Source: an uncultured Cryomorphaceae bacterium | GTDB taxonomy: Bacteria > Bacteroidota > Bacteroidia > Flavobacteriales_D > SKUL01 | Direction: 5' to 3' | DNA length: 64,000 nt | Assembly (NCBI GenBank): GCA_964487545.1 | Contig: CAZARI010000004.1 | Span: forward strand, 42,365-106,364 | In this document: in pieces, positions 1 through 10,816 of the stretch | Numbering within the stretch: the stretch's first letter is position 1 | How the letters are laid out: each line of letters opens with the position of its first letter | Notes under the pieces: generated by a model | Seen by the model: the letters and a program-made list of their open reading frames with translations, nothing else | What the model was told of the DNA's origin: nothing | Database searches by the model: none | Position numbers and translations under genes: made by a program

Positions 1-801
1 ATGCGCATCGAGTGTGATTGAATTAATGTGCGGATTGGAAAAGCTAAGACTGCTGTCGGGACTTGTAATCGGGTAGATGAAACCACCGTACGCGCCGTCG
101 ATGTGAATTTTGAATTGCGCGCCCGCGGCTTCTAGGTTTTGCACCATCAGGTCTACATCATCCACCGAGCCAAACATTGTTGTCATCATGTTGGCAATCA
201 CTATGAAGTATTTTACACCGCGTGCCCGGCAACTGTTTATCTGCTCGTGCAAATGATTTGGTTTGATTTGCCGGGTGTGCGGATCTACCTCAATGGTTGT
301 GAGTGATAGCCCAAAAATATCCGCGCCTTTGTGCATCGAATAGTGTGCATCTTCGGAAGTGAGAATGGTAATTTCATCCACATTTGCCGAAAACGTCTGG
401 GTAAAATAATTTCGGTAAATCCAGATGGCCTGCATATTGGCTTCCGTTCCGCCCGAGGCCACATAGCCATCCGTTTCGTTGTCGCCCGCTCCCAGTATAT
501 CCACAGCACAGAGCGCTATCAGCTCACGCTCGATGGCCTGGGTTCCGCTAAAAAACGGCTCAGAGCGGCCTAAGGTGTGGCAGCCAATGTGATTGGGATT
601 TCGGATGAGCGTTGTAAGAAACGGCGCATCGTCGAGAAAGGGCGCGTCTTGATAAAACACCTTATCGTCGAGGTGAGAAGCGGGCACACCCAGCTTGGTT
701 TGGGTGTAAAAGTCTACGTTTTCTGCAAGGGCAGCAAAAACCCGCTCCCTTACAGCGGGTTTACCCAGTTTCTTCCAGTACTTTAGGTGTCGCTTCAACA
801 C
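1..801 (-). CDS. PLP-dependent (group II) amino-acid decarboxylase, C-terminus cut by window edge
   Basis: My own minus-strand translation from GTG (799-801) gives 267 codons with no stop down to nt 1. It reads LKRHLKYWKKLGKP...DGYVASGGTEANMQAIW...KIHIDGAYGGFIYP...NSITLDAH. The SGGTEAN motif and a DAH(K)-type PLP-lysine region match group II decarboxylases. The short ORFs listed in the track here are shadow frames. Confidence 0.7.
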   Translation of the reverse strand, partial: MLKRHLKYWKKLGKPAVRERVFAALAENVDFYTQTKLGVPASHLDDKVFYQDAPFLDDAPFLTTLIRNPNHIGCHTLGRSEPFFSGTQAIERELIALCAVDILGAGDNETDGYVASGGTEANMQAIWIYRNYFTQTFSANVDEITILTSEDAHYSMHKGADIFGLSLTTIEVDPHTRQIKPNHLHEQINSCRARGVKYFIVIANMMTTMFGSVDDVDLMVQNLEAAGAQFKIHIDGAYGGFIYPITSPDSSLSFSNPHINSITLDAH

Positions 802-826
802 ATTCTAACGATTGGTAAATAAACCA

Positions 827-3403
827 TCAAGAACACTTACTGTTTCCGCAGCTTTTGCAGATCAAGCATCCTTCTTCGTATATCAACGCTTCATCACCAC
901 ACTGATTGCAGGTAGCTCCTTCTACTTTGGTGCCTGTCGGAATGTATTTTTTCAATCCCCTGATTATCCCGTTTTTCCAGGTATTCAGTGAGTCGTCGTT
1001 CAGGTGCAGGTTTTCTACCATATGCACTACATCCAGTAATGGCATGCCGTGGCGAAGCACACCACTGATCAGCTTGGCATAATTCCAGAATTCAGGATCA
1101 AACGACCGCGAAAGCCCTTCGATGGTTACAAAGTAGCCGTCTTTATCCTGATAGCGGAAGTCGTAGCGGCTTTTCCCCGATTCTTCATCCTGACTTTTGA
1201 TTACGTGTCCTTGATCGACAGACGAAGGCAGTTGGAACGAATCTTCTGCTTTTCCGGTGAATACTTCGTAGGGGCGGTCGTTGAGCAGTCCCACTACTGC
1301 AATCCACTTTTCTGAGTTATTGTTGAAACGAACCACGTCGGCATTCAGCGAGCTCGGTCGTTCGGGTGCTTTTGTTTCGCCGATTACCACGCGATCTTTT
1401 CCGTTGTTTTGTTCTTCGGACACCAACACGCCGGAGCGCGACCCTTCACGATAAACAGTAACACCCTTGCAACCAGACTCCCATCCGGTTTGGTAGATTT
1501 CGGCCACCTTTTCTACGGGTGTTTCTTCGGGAATATTCACGGTAACACTAATCGAATGATCGACCCATTTTTGAACGGTTCCCTGCAGCCGAACCTTTTG
1601 CACCCAATCTACATCACGTGCGGTTGCACCTTGGTATGGCGATTCTTTAATCAGGGCTTTCAGTTTACTTTCGGGCCAGAGGCGAACCTCTTCAATATTA
1701 TATCCATTGAGCGTAAGCCAATTGGCAAACTGGTGATGGAAAACAGAAAACTCCTGCCAGTGGTCACCCACGTCATCGATAAAGTCGACGCGTACATTTT
1801 TATCATTTGGGTTGATCTTTTTGCGGCGCTTGTACGACACCATAAATACTGGCTCGATTCCCGAAGTGGTTTGGGTCATCAGGCTGGTGGTACCTGTTGG
1901 TGCAATGGTGAGCAGCGAGATATTTCTTCTGCCAATGGTTTTCATGTCTTTTTCAAGTTCCGGATCTGCTTGGCACAGTCTGCGGATAAATGGATTGTCT
2001 TTTTCCTTTTTCCAGTTGAAAATTCCGAATGAGCCACGGTCTTTCGCCAGATTTACAGATCCGCGATATACCGACACGGCGAGTGTTTTGTGCACATCTT
2101 CGGCAAATTCAATCGACTCGTCGGAGCCATAGCGATAACCAATTGCTGCCATCATGTCTCCTTCACCGGTGATACCGATTCCGGTACGTCGGCCGGCGAT
2201 ACACTTCTGACGAATTTTGAGCCACAGTTCCTTTTCGGTGCGTTTCACGTCTGCTCCTTCTGGATCGCCGTCGATTTTCGCTAGGATTTGATCAATTTTT
2301 TCGAGCTCCAGGTCGATAATATCGTCGGCGATGCGCTGTGCCAGTCGGGCATGTTCCTTGAACTTGTCGAAGTTAAACGCGGCTTCTGCCGTAAACGGAT
2401 TATCTACATAACTAAAAAGGTTGATGGCGAGCAGACGGCATGAGTCGTACGGGCACAGCGGAATTTCGCCGCAGGGGTTGGTCGATCGGGTGGTAAAGCC
2501 TTCGTCGGCATAGCTATCGGGCACCGACTCGCGGATAATGGTATCCCAAAATAGCACTCCGGGCTCAGCCGAAGCCCACGCGTTTTTAACAATTTTATCC
2601 CAAAGTCGCTTGGCGTCGACTTCTTTCTCTACCATCGGGTTGGACGAATCTATTGGATAGCGCTGAAGGTATTTTTCATTATTAATAGCGGCTTTCATAA
2701 AGTCATCGTCGATTCGAACAGAAACGTTGGCACCGGTAACTTTGGTTCCATCGAGTTTGGCATCGATAAATCGCTCTGCATCGGGGTGACGGATTGAAAT
2801 GCTCAACATCAACGCACCGCGACGTCCGTCCTGGGCAACTTCACGTGTAGAATTACTGAATCGCTCCATAAAAGGAACAACACCTGTTGAAGTTAGTGCT
2901 GAGTTCATTACTGGAGATCCGGCAGGACGAATATGTGACAGGTCATGCCCTACGCCCCCTCTTCTTTTCATTAGCTGCACCTGTTCTTCGTCGGTTTTCA
3001 TTACCCCACCGTATGAATCGCTGTTGCCATCGTTTCCGATCACGAAACAATTAGACAAGGAAGCGATTTGGAATTTATTGCCAATTCCGGTCATCGGGCC
3101 GCCCTGCGGTATGATATAGGTGAAACGGTCGAGCAGTGCAAAAATATCATCCTCAGAAAGTGGCTGTGGGTACTTGTTTTCTATGCGCGCAATTTCTTTT
3201 GCCATCCTGCGATGCATTTCTGCCGGAGTCTTTTCAAATATATTTCCGTGCGAATCTTTCAGGGCATACTTATTCAACCACACTCCGGCGGCGAGTTCAT
3301 CCCCATTAAAGTACTTTATACTTGCAGCCAGAGCTTCTTCGTAGGTGTAATAAACGTTTTCTGATCTTGTATCGACAGGTTTCTCTATTGTTTCGGAGCG
3401 CAT
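827..3403 (-). CDS. nrdJ: Class II (adenosylcobalamin-dependent) ribonucleotide reductase
   Basis: 858-aa single-chain ORF with RNR core motifs (STNPCGEIPL, LLTIAPTGTTS). The C-terminal Cys cluster CNQCGDEALIYEEGCLICKSCGNSKCS is typical of class II enzymes. Confidence 0.85.
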   Translation of the reverse strand: MRSETIEKPVDTRSENVYYTYEEALAASIKYFNGDELAAGVWLNKYALKDSHGNIFEKTPAEMHRRMAKEIARIENKYPQPLSEDDIFALLDRFTYIIPQGGPMTGIGNKFQIASLSNCFVIGNDGNSDSYGGVMKTDEEQVQLMKRRGGVGHDLSHIRPAGSPVMNSALTSTGVVPFMERFSNSTREVAQDGRRGALMLSISIRHPDAERFIDAKLDGTKVTGANVSVRIDDDFMKAAINNEKYLQRYPIDSSNPMVEKEVDAKRLWDKIVKNAWASAEPGVLFWDTIIRESVPDSYADEGFTTRSTNPCGEIPLCPYDSCRLLAINLFSYVDNPFTAEAAFNFDKFKEHARLAQRIADDIIDLELEKIDQILAKIDGDPEGADVKRTEKELWLKIRQKCIAGRRTGIGITGEGDMMAAIGYRYGSDESIEFAEDVHKTLAVSVYRGSVNLAKDRGSFGIFNWKKEKDNPFIRRLCQADPELEKDMKTIGRRNISLLTIAPTGTTSLMTQTTSGIEPVFMVSYKRRKKINPNDKNVRVDFIDDVGDHWQEFSVFHHQFANWLTLNGYNIEEVRLWPESKLKALIKESPYQGATARDVDWVQKVRLQGTVQKWVDHSISVTVNIPEETPVEKVAEIYQTGWESGCKGVTVYREGSRSGVLVSEEQNNGKDRVVIGETKAPERPSSLNADVVRFNNNSEKWIAVVGLLNDRPYEVFTGKAEDSFQLPSSVDQGHVIKSQDEESGKSRYDFRYQDKDGYFVTIEGLSRSFDPEFWNYAKLISGVLRHGMPLLDVVHMVENLHLNDDSLNTWKNGIIRGLKKYIPTGTKVEGATCNQCGDEALIYEEGCLICKSCGNSKCS

Positions 3404-3710
3404 ATCTTATGAATTATGGGGGTTTATCTGATCTAAAATTGGAAGGTTAAATTGCAACAAATAATCTTGAGTAGGCCGGTCGACTTCGAATTCACTTCAC
3501 AATATTTTGTTAATATCACCTGAAGCCCGTAACTGGTTTAGGAAATAAAACGCAGAACAATTTATCAACGCTATGTTCATTAATTCCTTGTCTCAATTTG
3601 TTGCTTTTTACAATAGAATTACTAAAGAATAATTGCGGTTTAGGCATCTGCAATTCTACATGAAAGAAACGCCGGATAAACGGAAAAATAATACCTTTGC
3701 CACCCTCCGC

Positions 3711-3795
3711 GCCCGGGTGGTGGAATTGGTAGACACGCAGGACTTAAAATCCTGTGGCCATTGCGGCCGTGCGGGTTCAATTCCCGCTCCGGGTA
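3711..3795 (+). tRNA. tRNA-Leu (anticodon UAA), type II with long variable arm
   Basis: GCCCGGG acceptor arm, anticodon stem-loop CAGGA-CTTAAAA-TCCTG, long variable arm GGCCATTGCGGCC, T arm GCGGG-TTCAATT-CCCGC. No encoded CCA. Confidence 0.9.
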
Positions 3796-3797
3796 CT

Positions 3798-3850
3798 AAT
3801 CAGAGTGAGAAAAGCATTACCCAGCGCTATTTCTCACTCTGATTTTTTTT
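3798..3850 (+). terminator. Rho-independent terminator after tRNA-Leu
   Basis: Perfect 14-bp stem aatcagagtgagaa / ttctcactctgatt followed by a T8 run. Confidence 0.8.
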
Positions 3851-4002
3851 ATCCTCACACCCAAACTGCTCGACCACTTTCTTTTTGTGCAGGCGCTTTG
3901 CTTCTCACTCTGATCAGCTTGTTTTGCGATCCCACTAAGGGTTGTTTTCAGTTGAGACCCCTTCCTATTCGCTGATGGTTTCTTTGTGCGCCACAATGGT
4001 GT

Positions 4003-4037
4003 AAAAAAAAGCTCTGCTGTCATTGACAGCAGAGCTT
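4003..4037 (-). terminator. Rho-independent terminator after tRNA-Gly
   Basis: On the minus strand, stem aagctctgctgtca / tgacagcagagctt followed by a T8 run. Confidence 0.75.
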
Positions 4038-4043
4038 TATCTG

Positions 4044-4116
<73 letters not shown>

Positions 4117-4174
4117 ATTCTGGGCCTGCAAAAGTAACCAATTCTTAAAACTTTCAAAGTGAATTTTGGCGGAA

Positions 4175-6829
4175 TTAATTCAAGCCCGTAATTTTCTTAA
4201 TCTCATTGAGCTTCATCAAGGCTTCAACTGGAGTCAAGGTGTTTATATCCAAATTATTAATCTCACTTCTGATTTGGCTCAGCACCGGATCATCCAACTG
4301 GAAAATGCTCAACTGCATTTCGCCGTGATTGATGGACTTTGATACCTCGTCTTTAGATGATCCAGCACCATTGCTTGCGGCCTGTTTGGGAGCAGATCGC
4401 TTTTCCAGCTCGCGGAGTATTTGTTCGGCACGACCAATCAGGAGGGGCGGCATACCGGCCATGCGTGCCACGTGAATTCCGAAGCTGTGCTCGCTGCCTC
4501 CCGGCACCAGTTTGCGCAAAAACAAAATACGCTTGCCAACTTCCTTTACGGAAACATTGTAGTTGCGAATGCGCGGGAACAACTCAGACATTTCGTTGAG
4601 CTCGTGGTAATGAGTGGCGAATAACGTCTTGGCCCGTGCCATTGGAAATTCGTGGATATACTCGGCAATTGCCCATGCAATTGAGATACCGTCGTAAGTG
4701 CTGGTACCACGGCCAATTTCGTCGAGCAAAACCAAGCTGCGTTCGCTCAGATTGTTTAAGATACTGGCTGTTTCGTTCATCTCGACCATGAAGGTAGATT
4801 CGCCGCCCGAAAGGTTGTCGGAGGCTCCTACGCGCGTGAAAATTTTGTCCACTACCCCAATCCGTGCTGACGTTGCCGGAACAAAAGACCCCATTTGGGC
4901 CATCAGCACAATCAGCGCTGTTTGGCGCAGTAAGGCAGATTTACCGCTCATATTTGGACCGGTGATCATCATAATTTGCTGATCGGTGGTGTTCAAGGTT
5001 AGGTCGTTACTAACATATTCTTCGCCAAAGGGCAGTTGAAGCTCTATCACAGGATGCCGGCCCTCATGAATCTCCAGGTCGAATGAATCATTGATCTCCG
5101 GACAGTTGTATCCGTTTTGCTCTGCCAGTGAAGCAAAAGAACACAGCACATCCAGTTGTGCCACCATTTGCGCATTGAGCTGTACGGGTTCGGTATATTC
5201 GGATAACTGTTGAACAATTGCCTGAAACAGTCTGGCTTCTATTACATAAATTTTCTCTTCGGCACCGAGGATCTTTGATTCGTACTCTTTTAGTTCTTCG
5301 GTGATGTAGCGCTCGGCGTTTACTAGGGTTTGCTTTCGGATCCAGTGCTCTGGCACCCGATCTTTATGGGTGTTTCTAACTTCAAGGTAGTAGCCAAACA
5401 CATTGTTATAGCCTATTTTCAGTGAATTGATACCGGTTTGGCTCACCTCGCGATTTCGCATTTCCTCCAGATAGGACTTTCCGGAATTGAGCAGGATTCG
5501 AAGTTCGTCAAGTTCATTATCGACACCGGCCGCGATAACATCTCCCTTTCCTATGGCCATTGGTGCATCGGGCATCAACTCTTTGGCCAATAGACTGCGG
5601 ATATGATCACAGGGGTTAATTTGATCGGCCGTGCGTTTGAGTTGTGGGTGATCACTGTTGAGACACATCTCGCGAATGGGTACGAGCGCATCGAGGGCTG
5701 TTCTCATTTGATTGACCTCACGCGGTGTAATCTTGCCTACGGCCACCCGTGAAATCATTCGTTCCAGATCACCGATTTTGCGTAGCTCACTAATCATTTT
5801 CCGCTTCAGATCGTCGTCTTCAAGCAATCGCTGCACAACAGTTTGACGGGCTTTAATTTTGTCTGAATTTTTGAGCGGCAGTACTAACCAACGCCTGAGC
5901 ATGCGCGACCCCATTGGTGATATGGTCTGGTCCATCACATCGAGAAGGGTGCGCGCATTTTCATTTGGAGAATAGATCAACTCCAGGTTTCGAACCGTAA
6001 AGGAATCGAGCCATACGTACTCATCCTCTTCGATCCGCTTGACAGAGGTGATGTGACCCAAGCGATCGTTTTGGGTTTCTGCCAAATAATGCAATGCAGC
6101 GCCGGCCGCAGCAATTCCTTCACTGAAATCTTCGATTCCAAAGCCCTTGAGCGTTTTGGTATTGAAATGACGCGTCAGTTGTTCGTACCCAAAGTCGACG
6201 TGAAAAGCCCAATCTTCGAGTTGATAGGTGTAGTACCGATTTCCAAAGATGGCCTGGTATTGACTGTTGTTGTGTTTTTGATACAGCACTTCTTTGGGCT
6301 CGAAGCTTTGCATTAGTTTTTCGATTTGCGCGGAACTTCCTTCGGTGACGAGAAATTCACCGGTTGAAATATCGAGAAAGGCAACGCCCATCTTGTGTTT
6401 TGAAAAATGTAGTGCTGCCAGAAAGTTGTTGGAACGGTGATCAAGAATTTTATCGTTGAATGCCACTCCGGGCGTAACCAACTCGGTGACGTCTCTTTTG
6501 ACAAGTGTTTTGGTCAATTTAGGATCTTCGACCTGATCGCAGATGGCCACGCGATATCCTGCACGAACCAGCTTAGGCAGATAAGTATCTAGGGAATGAT
6601 GTGGAAAACCAGCCAACTCAACGGAAGCTGCTGCTCCGTTTTTGCGTTTGGTCTGTACGATTCCGAGCACACGGGATGCGATTACTGCATCTTTGCCGAA
6701 TGTTTCGTAAAAGTCGCCTACCCTAAAAAGCAAGATAGCATCTGGGTATTTAACCTTAAACTGATTATATTGCTTCATCAACGGTGTCTCCGCAACCGCT
6801 TTTTTCTCCTTCCGTCCCACTTTGTACAA
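4175..6829 (-). CDS. mutS: DNA mismatch repair protein MutS
   Basis: 884-aa ORF with N-terminal TPLMKQY...GDFYE mismatch-binding motif, Walker A GPNMSGKS and STFMVEM motif. Confidence 0.95.
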   Translation of the reverse strand: MYKVGRKEKKAVAETPLMKQYNQFKVKYPDAILLFRVGDFYETFGKDAVIASRVLGIVQTKRKNGAAASVELAGFPHHSLDTYLPKLVRAGYRVAICDQVEDPKLTKTLVKRDVTELVTPGVAFNDKILDHRSNNFLAALHFSKHKMGVAFLDISTGEFLVTEGSSAQIEKLMQSFEPKEVLYQKHNNSQYQAIFGNRYYTYQLEDWAFHVDFGYEQLTRHFNTKTLKGFGIEDFSEGIAAAGAALHYLAETQNDRLGHITSVKRIEEDEYVWLDSFTVRNLELIYSPNENARTLLDVMDQTISPMGSRMLRRWLVLPLKNSDKIKARQTVVQRLLEDDDLKRKMISELRKIGDLERMISRVAVGKITPREVNQMRTALDALVPIREMCLNSDHPQLKRTADQINPCDHIRSLLAKELMPDAPMAIGKGDVIAAGVDNELDELRILLNSGKSYLEEMRNREVSQTGINSLKIGYNNVFGYYLEVRNTHKDRVPEHWIRKQTLVNAERYITEELKEYESKILGAEEKIYVIEARLFQAIVQQLSEYTEPVQLNAQMVAQLDVLCSFASLAEQNGYNCPEINDSFDLEIHEGRHPVIELQLPFGEEYVSNDLTLNTTDQQIMMITGPNMSGKSALLRQTALIVLMAQMGSFVPATSARIGVVDKIFTRVGASDNLSGGESTFMVEMNETASILNNLSERSLVLLDEIGRGTSTYDGISIAWAIAEYIHEFPMARAKTLFATHYHELNEMSELFPRIRNYNVSVKEVGKRILFLRKLVPGGSEHSFGIHVARMAGMPPLLIGRAEQILRELEKRSAPKQAASNGAGSSKDEVSKSINHGEMQLSIFQLDDPVLSQIRSEINNLDINTLTPVEALMKLNEIKKITGLN

Positions 6830-6899
6830 TATTCAACAAATAAAGATAGGAAGTCTGCGCGGGCTTATTGAATTTTGCACCTCCATTTTTCCATATTTT

Positions 6900-7472
6900 A
6901 TGAACAAAAAGCTGACTACAGATCAACTGAACCGACCGGACATCGAAACCTATCATCAAAAGGATAAAATTCCGGTAAAGATTATTCTCGAAAACATACG
7001 CAGTCGGAGCAATATTGGCTCAATTTTCAGAAGTGCAGACGCTTTTTTGATTGAGGAGCTTATACTTACCGGCTTTACGGCTTGTCCGCCCCATCGTGAC
7101 ATTCACAAAACTGCACTTGGCGCCACTGAGTCGGTAAAGTGGCGTTATGAGCCGGACACAATAAAGGTTGTACAGGAACTGAAAGCGCAGCACCATGCAA
7201 TATGGGCCATAGAACAAACCACCAACAGCCGGCTTGTTCATGAGTTTTCGTACGATACCCAACATCCGCTGGTTTTCATTCTTGGAAATGAGGTGAAGGG
7301 TGTTGATGAAATCACCCTATCGAGGTGCGATGGCGCGATTGAAATTAATCAATTTGGAACTAAACACTCGCTCAACGTGGCGGTTTGCGCAGGAATTATA
7401 ATGTTCCATGCCAACCTAAATCTTTTTAATGCGTTATACAAGCAAAATAGAGAAATCCGAAACGGAGAATAA
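6900..7472 (+). CDS. TrmH/SpoU-family RNA 2'-O-methyltransferase
   Basis: ORF 6822..7472. I prefer the ATG at 6900 (MNKKLTTDQL). SpoU motifs NIGSIFRSADAF, LGNEVKGV and SLNVAVCAGI are present. Confidence 0.75.
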   Translation: MNKKLTTDQLNRPDIETYHQKDKIPVKIILENIRSRSNIGSIFRSADAFLIEELILTGFTACPPHRDIHKTALGATESVKWRYEPDTIKVVQELKAQHHAIWAIEQTTNSRLVHEFSYDTQHPLVFILGNEVKGVDEITLSRCDGAIEINQFGTKHSLNVAVCAGIIMFHANLNLFNALYKQNREIRNGE

Positions 7473-7500
7473 CTTATTTTGTATCTTTCGCCGATAGCCC

Positions 7501-8517
7501 ATGCTTAACCAACCTACACATCGAGTGACTGCTAATGCTTGTAAAACAGGTGTTCGTTTTCTGATTATCGCAGTAATTGTTTTAACTACTGCACCCCTTG
7601 CTCACGCGCAATATTTCGCCAACCAGTCGTACTGGAAAAACGAAAGACATGCGTTTACGCTGGGTATTGGTGTCACCAATTTTCTGGGCGAATTAGGTGG
7701 TAGAGATGCGGTTGGAAGTGATTTCATTTTCGATTTGGAAACGTCCATGTTCCGGCCAGCCCTCCACGTCGAATACAGTTATCGCGTGGCCAGAAGGGTG
7801 GCGATTAAAGGAGGATTTCACTACGGAATTATTGCGGGCAACGATGCGCTAACAGAGGAGCCGTTCAGAAAAAACCGCAATATCCATTTTAAATCGAATG
7901 TGTTTGAGCTATCGGTAAAGGGAGAATTTCGTCTGCTCGAATCCAAGCCCCGTGCACGGTACAAGCTCATCGGTGTAAAAAGCCGTCGCGCTGGAGGCGA
8001 ATTGTACGTATTTGGTGGAATCGGAATCACCTATTTTAACCCAAAAGCCAATTATAATGGAGAATGGGTAGAGTTGAAACCACTTGGCACGGAGGGCCAG
8101 AACTTTAGCGACGGCATTGCCCCATACTCCAACTTTACTCCAGTATTTCCGTTAGGGTTTGGATATCGCCACAATGTGACCGGCCAGCTCAGTATCGGGC
8201 TGGAAATTGCCCACCGCATTACGCTCACCGATTATATGGATGACACCAGCGGGAAGTATTACGACAAAGGAGCAATATTGGCACAAGACGGCCCCGTAGC
8301 GGCACATTTTAGCGACCCCAGTTTGGGCTACCGCACCAATCCCGATGGTGGGGTGGTACCCATGAAAGTCGATCCGCTGCAACGCGGCGACCCCGAAGAC
8401 AATGACAGTTACTTTTTTGTGGTGGCCACGATCAGCTATAAACTGACCCCGACGCGTATGTCACACCGTGGAAAAATACGCGTGACCCGCAAGCGCAGCG
8501 GTAAGATTATCTTCTAA
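7501..8517 (+). CDS. Outer-membrane beta-barrel protein (uncharacterised family)
   Basis: 338 aa with a signal-peptide-like N-terminus ending AHAQ, alternating aromatic/Gly strand pattern and a C-terminal ...KIIF beta-signal-like end. Confidence 0.55.
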   Translation: MLNQPTHRVTANACKTGVRFLIIAVIVLTTAPLAHAQYFANQSYWKNERHAFTLGIGVTNFLGELGGRDAVGSDFIFDLETSMFRPALHVEYSYRVARRVAIKGGFHYGIIAGNDALTEEPFRKNRNIHFKSNVFELSVKGEFRLLESKPRARYKLIGVKSRRAGGELYVFGGIGITYFNPKANYNGEWVELKPLGTEGQNFSDGIAPYSNFTPVFPLGFGYRHNVTGQLSIGLEIAHRITLTDYMDDTSGKYYDKGAILAQDGPVAAHFSDPSLGYRTNPDGGVVPMKVDPLQRGDPEDNDSYFFVVATISYKLTPTRMSHRGKIRVTRKRSGKIIF

Positions 8518-8964
8518 TCTTTATTTTCAAATACTACTGGTTCGTCTGATGGCCCAGTCATCTGCAGCTTTGTCTGTTTGGCGAATTAAAAACACCAATC
8601 CCCTTTACACGATTTTGACCAATATCAATAAGGTATTGTCATTTATCGGATTTGTAATCCAGGTGCAGACATTCCCATCCATTCCGATTCGACTGGCGGC
8701 GGGCAATTCAAAATAAAAACGGTAGCGTTAAAAAGTGAGAAGTTACAATGTTCATCGGTGACCTTTCTGCTTCGGCAAACCTATCTGGATGGTGAATTGA
8801 ATGGTAATCATCAATTAAATCTTTCATGGAACTTTAAGTTGCCCTGGTGTATTCGTCCTGCATAACTGAGCGGGTTTAAAAATTTCACAATGGTGATCCT
8901 CTGCCTATATAAGATTGAGCTCCTCGACCATCAAAATAAAATTTGATTCCTACTCCGAAACCTT

Positions 8965-9000
8965 GTAACAAAAAAAGCCCTCGCAATTTGCAAGGGCTTT
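8965..9000 (-). terminator. Rho-independent terminator after the 9029..10732 gene
   Basis: On the minus strand, stem aaagccct / agggcttt with an 11-nt loop, followed by a T6 run. Confidence 0.7.
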
Positions 9001-9028
9001 GGACATAATATCGAGTAGGCTATATCTC

Positions 9029-10732
9029 TTAATTGGTCTCTGAGCGGTAATCGCGGAATTCGAGATCACCAGCAGCTTTGTTTCTGAGCGAGCCGTCTTT
9101 GCTGTATGCTGACTGAAGGCTGCTGCGAACCAATGATCCATCAGCAGTTCGTGCGCCGATAATAGCCATCAGATATTGACCTTCTGGCGTATCGAGTTCA
9201 GGTGAATTCTCAAGTGTAGTTTTGGCTCCTGTTACATCACCGTTTAGCAATTTGGCCAGTGCTAGATTAAAAGTGTTCTCGCCACTCATGTTGCTAATCG
9301 CCTCATCGTAGTTTCCATTCTGGATATTAACAACACCCATATTGTATGACACTTCTGAGCCTGCCGCCGTGGCGTTTTGGAAGTGCTCCATCGCCTGCTC
9401 GCGATCTCCTTTCAATCGGGCAATCACACCCAGATTATTGGTTGAATAGGGGTTCTCCTCGATGTTGTTGGCTTTGCGAAACTGAGCCTCTGCATCTTCG
9501 AGTTTATTCTGCATCATGTAGATGTAGCCCACATTGTTGGCTCCACGGTAATCTTCAGCGTGAACTTCCTCTGCTGACTTGTAAAACTGAAGTTGCTGGT
9601 TGAGGTCATCGGTAAGCGTAGCAGCATAAAGTAGCTCTTCGATATTGAGTGTGTCGGGCGCGGTCTGAGCCAACGAAAGAATTTCTTCGTCTGTTTTTCC
9701 GGTAATCTCATAAGTCAATGTGATTTGTGAGCGACGCAGATCTGGAAGAATTTTCTGTGCGATTTCGTTGTAAGTGGCTGCCAAATTGCGGATTTCCTCC
9801 TCGCGCTTGGTAACATCATTATACATATTGAGTATGCGCAGAATCAATTCTTTGTCGGCAATATCACTTTGCTGCATTGCGGTTTTAAACCCTTCCCAGT
9901 CTTCTCCTTTACCCTGTAGGTTGTAGAAGTTATCCTCCACTTTAATTCTATTTCTGTTCAACTCTTGCTCGATCGCTCTTTTTGCTGAAGCAGCACGATC
10001 GTCGGCCAGGTTTTCGTTCCATGAAATTTCACCTTCTGGCGATGCATAAGCTTCAATATGCAAACGGGTCACTTCCATGGCATCATCTCTTGAAATATCT
10101 CTGGTCATATTGCGCATTTCACGCATATCTGCGTCATTCAGCTCTGAACCCCTAACCACAGATGAGTTTACTAAATAGTTGATTTCTGCGTAAACATCAT
10201 GTGAAGTAACGCGCTGGAAAGCATCCTCGCCAAGCAACACCTTGTCGTCAGACAACATTAGGTATGGTGTGGTAATGACACCGTCTGCAATTTTAACCGG
10301 ATCGAAATCTCTTGACTTACTTCCCATCCGACCGGTAAACTTGACAACAACCTCAGAATTGTTTTCCATAGCCGCAGCGTAGGCAACTTTGTCATTGTAA
10401 GTGTAGCTTGTACCGTTTTCGTAAGGAATAACAGTTGCGTTTCCGGCTGCGTTCTCACCTTGATAGGATACTGTTTTAAAATCAGTTTCATTTCCACCAT
10501 ATTGCATGGCCGGTGTCATATCAACCATGGCTTTTTTGTGAAAGTACTTGCCTGGAAAGCGTCCAGTCACATTCAATTCAACACTATCCCCTTTAACAAT
10601 AAGGGGTTCGGGGTTTACCTCGTAGGTTATATCATTGGCATATTTTGCCATTTTTCCTAGGCCGCCACAAGCGCTAAGCGATATGGCGACTACACCGATT
10701 AGAAGTAGGTTTGTAATGTGTTGCAATTTCAT
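9029..10732 (-). CDS. TPR-repeat lipoprotein with an OmpA-like internal motif
   Basis: 567 aa with lipobox ISLSAC. The internal segment EAYASPEGEISWNENLADDRAASAKRAI resembles the OmpA-C signature. The C-terminal third has TPR-like repeats (YRGANNVGYIYMMQNKLEDAEAQF and others). Confidence 0.55.
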   Translation of the reverse strand: MKLQHITNLLLIGVVAISLSACGGLGKMAKYANDITYEVNPEPLIVKGDSVELNVTGRFPGKYFHKKAMVDMTPAMQYGGNETDFKTVSYQGENAAGNATVIPYENGTSYTYNDKVAYAAAMENNSEVVVKFTGRMGSKSRDFDPVKIADGVITTPYLMLSDDKVLLGEDAFQRVTSHDVYAEINYLVNSSVVRGSELNDADMREMRNMTRDISRDDAMEVTRLHIEAYASPEGEISWNENLADDRAASAKRAIEQELNRNRIKVEDNFYNLQGKGEDWEGFKTAMQQSDIADKELILRILNMYNDVTKREEEIRNLAATYNEIAQKILPDLRRSQITLTYEITGKTDEEILSLAQTAPDTLNIEELLYAATLTDDLNQQLQFYKSAEEVHAEDYRGANNVGYIYMMQNKLEDAEAQFRKANNIEENPYSTNNLGVIARLKGDREQAMEHFQNATAAGSEVSYNMGVVNIQNGNYDEAISNMSGENTFNLALAKLLNGDVTGAKTTLENSPELDTPEGQYLMAIIGARTADGSLVRSSLQSAYSKDGSLRNKAAGDLEFRDYRSETN

Positions 10733-10816
10733 TATTTAGTGTTTTAATATGGGTTCGAATATTCAAGTGCAAGTATAACTATACTTTTTAAAATTTAATT
10801 AGCTATAGTGCAAGAA

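Noticed and set aside
1049-3364. Several plus-strand ORFs of 60-207 aa (for example 1409..2032) inside nrdJ.
   Set aside because: They lie antisense to a strongly supported 858-aa gene. Their translations are low-complexity with no motifs, so they are typical shadow ORFs.
3404-3710. Possible cobalamin riboswitch in the nrdJ leader.
   Set aside because: I could not find the B12-box (GCCACTG-like) or the conserved GGTGnAAnTCC core. B12 riboswitches usually control B12-independent isozymes, not nrdJ.
3902-3914. A second copy of the terminator 3' arm (ttctcactctgat, with similar preceding bases) 71 nt downstream of the tRNA-Leu terminator.
   Set aside because: It is a short partial duplication without a matching 5' arm, and no function can be inferred. 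It is probably a duplication remnant.
10766-10814. Direct repeat of the 8-mer AGTGCAAG, 41 nt apart, upstream of the TPR lipoprotein gene.
   Set aside because: It is too short to distinguish from chance in AT-rich spacer DNA without comparative data.
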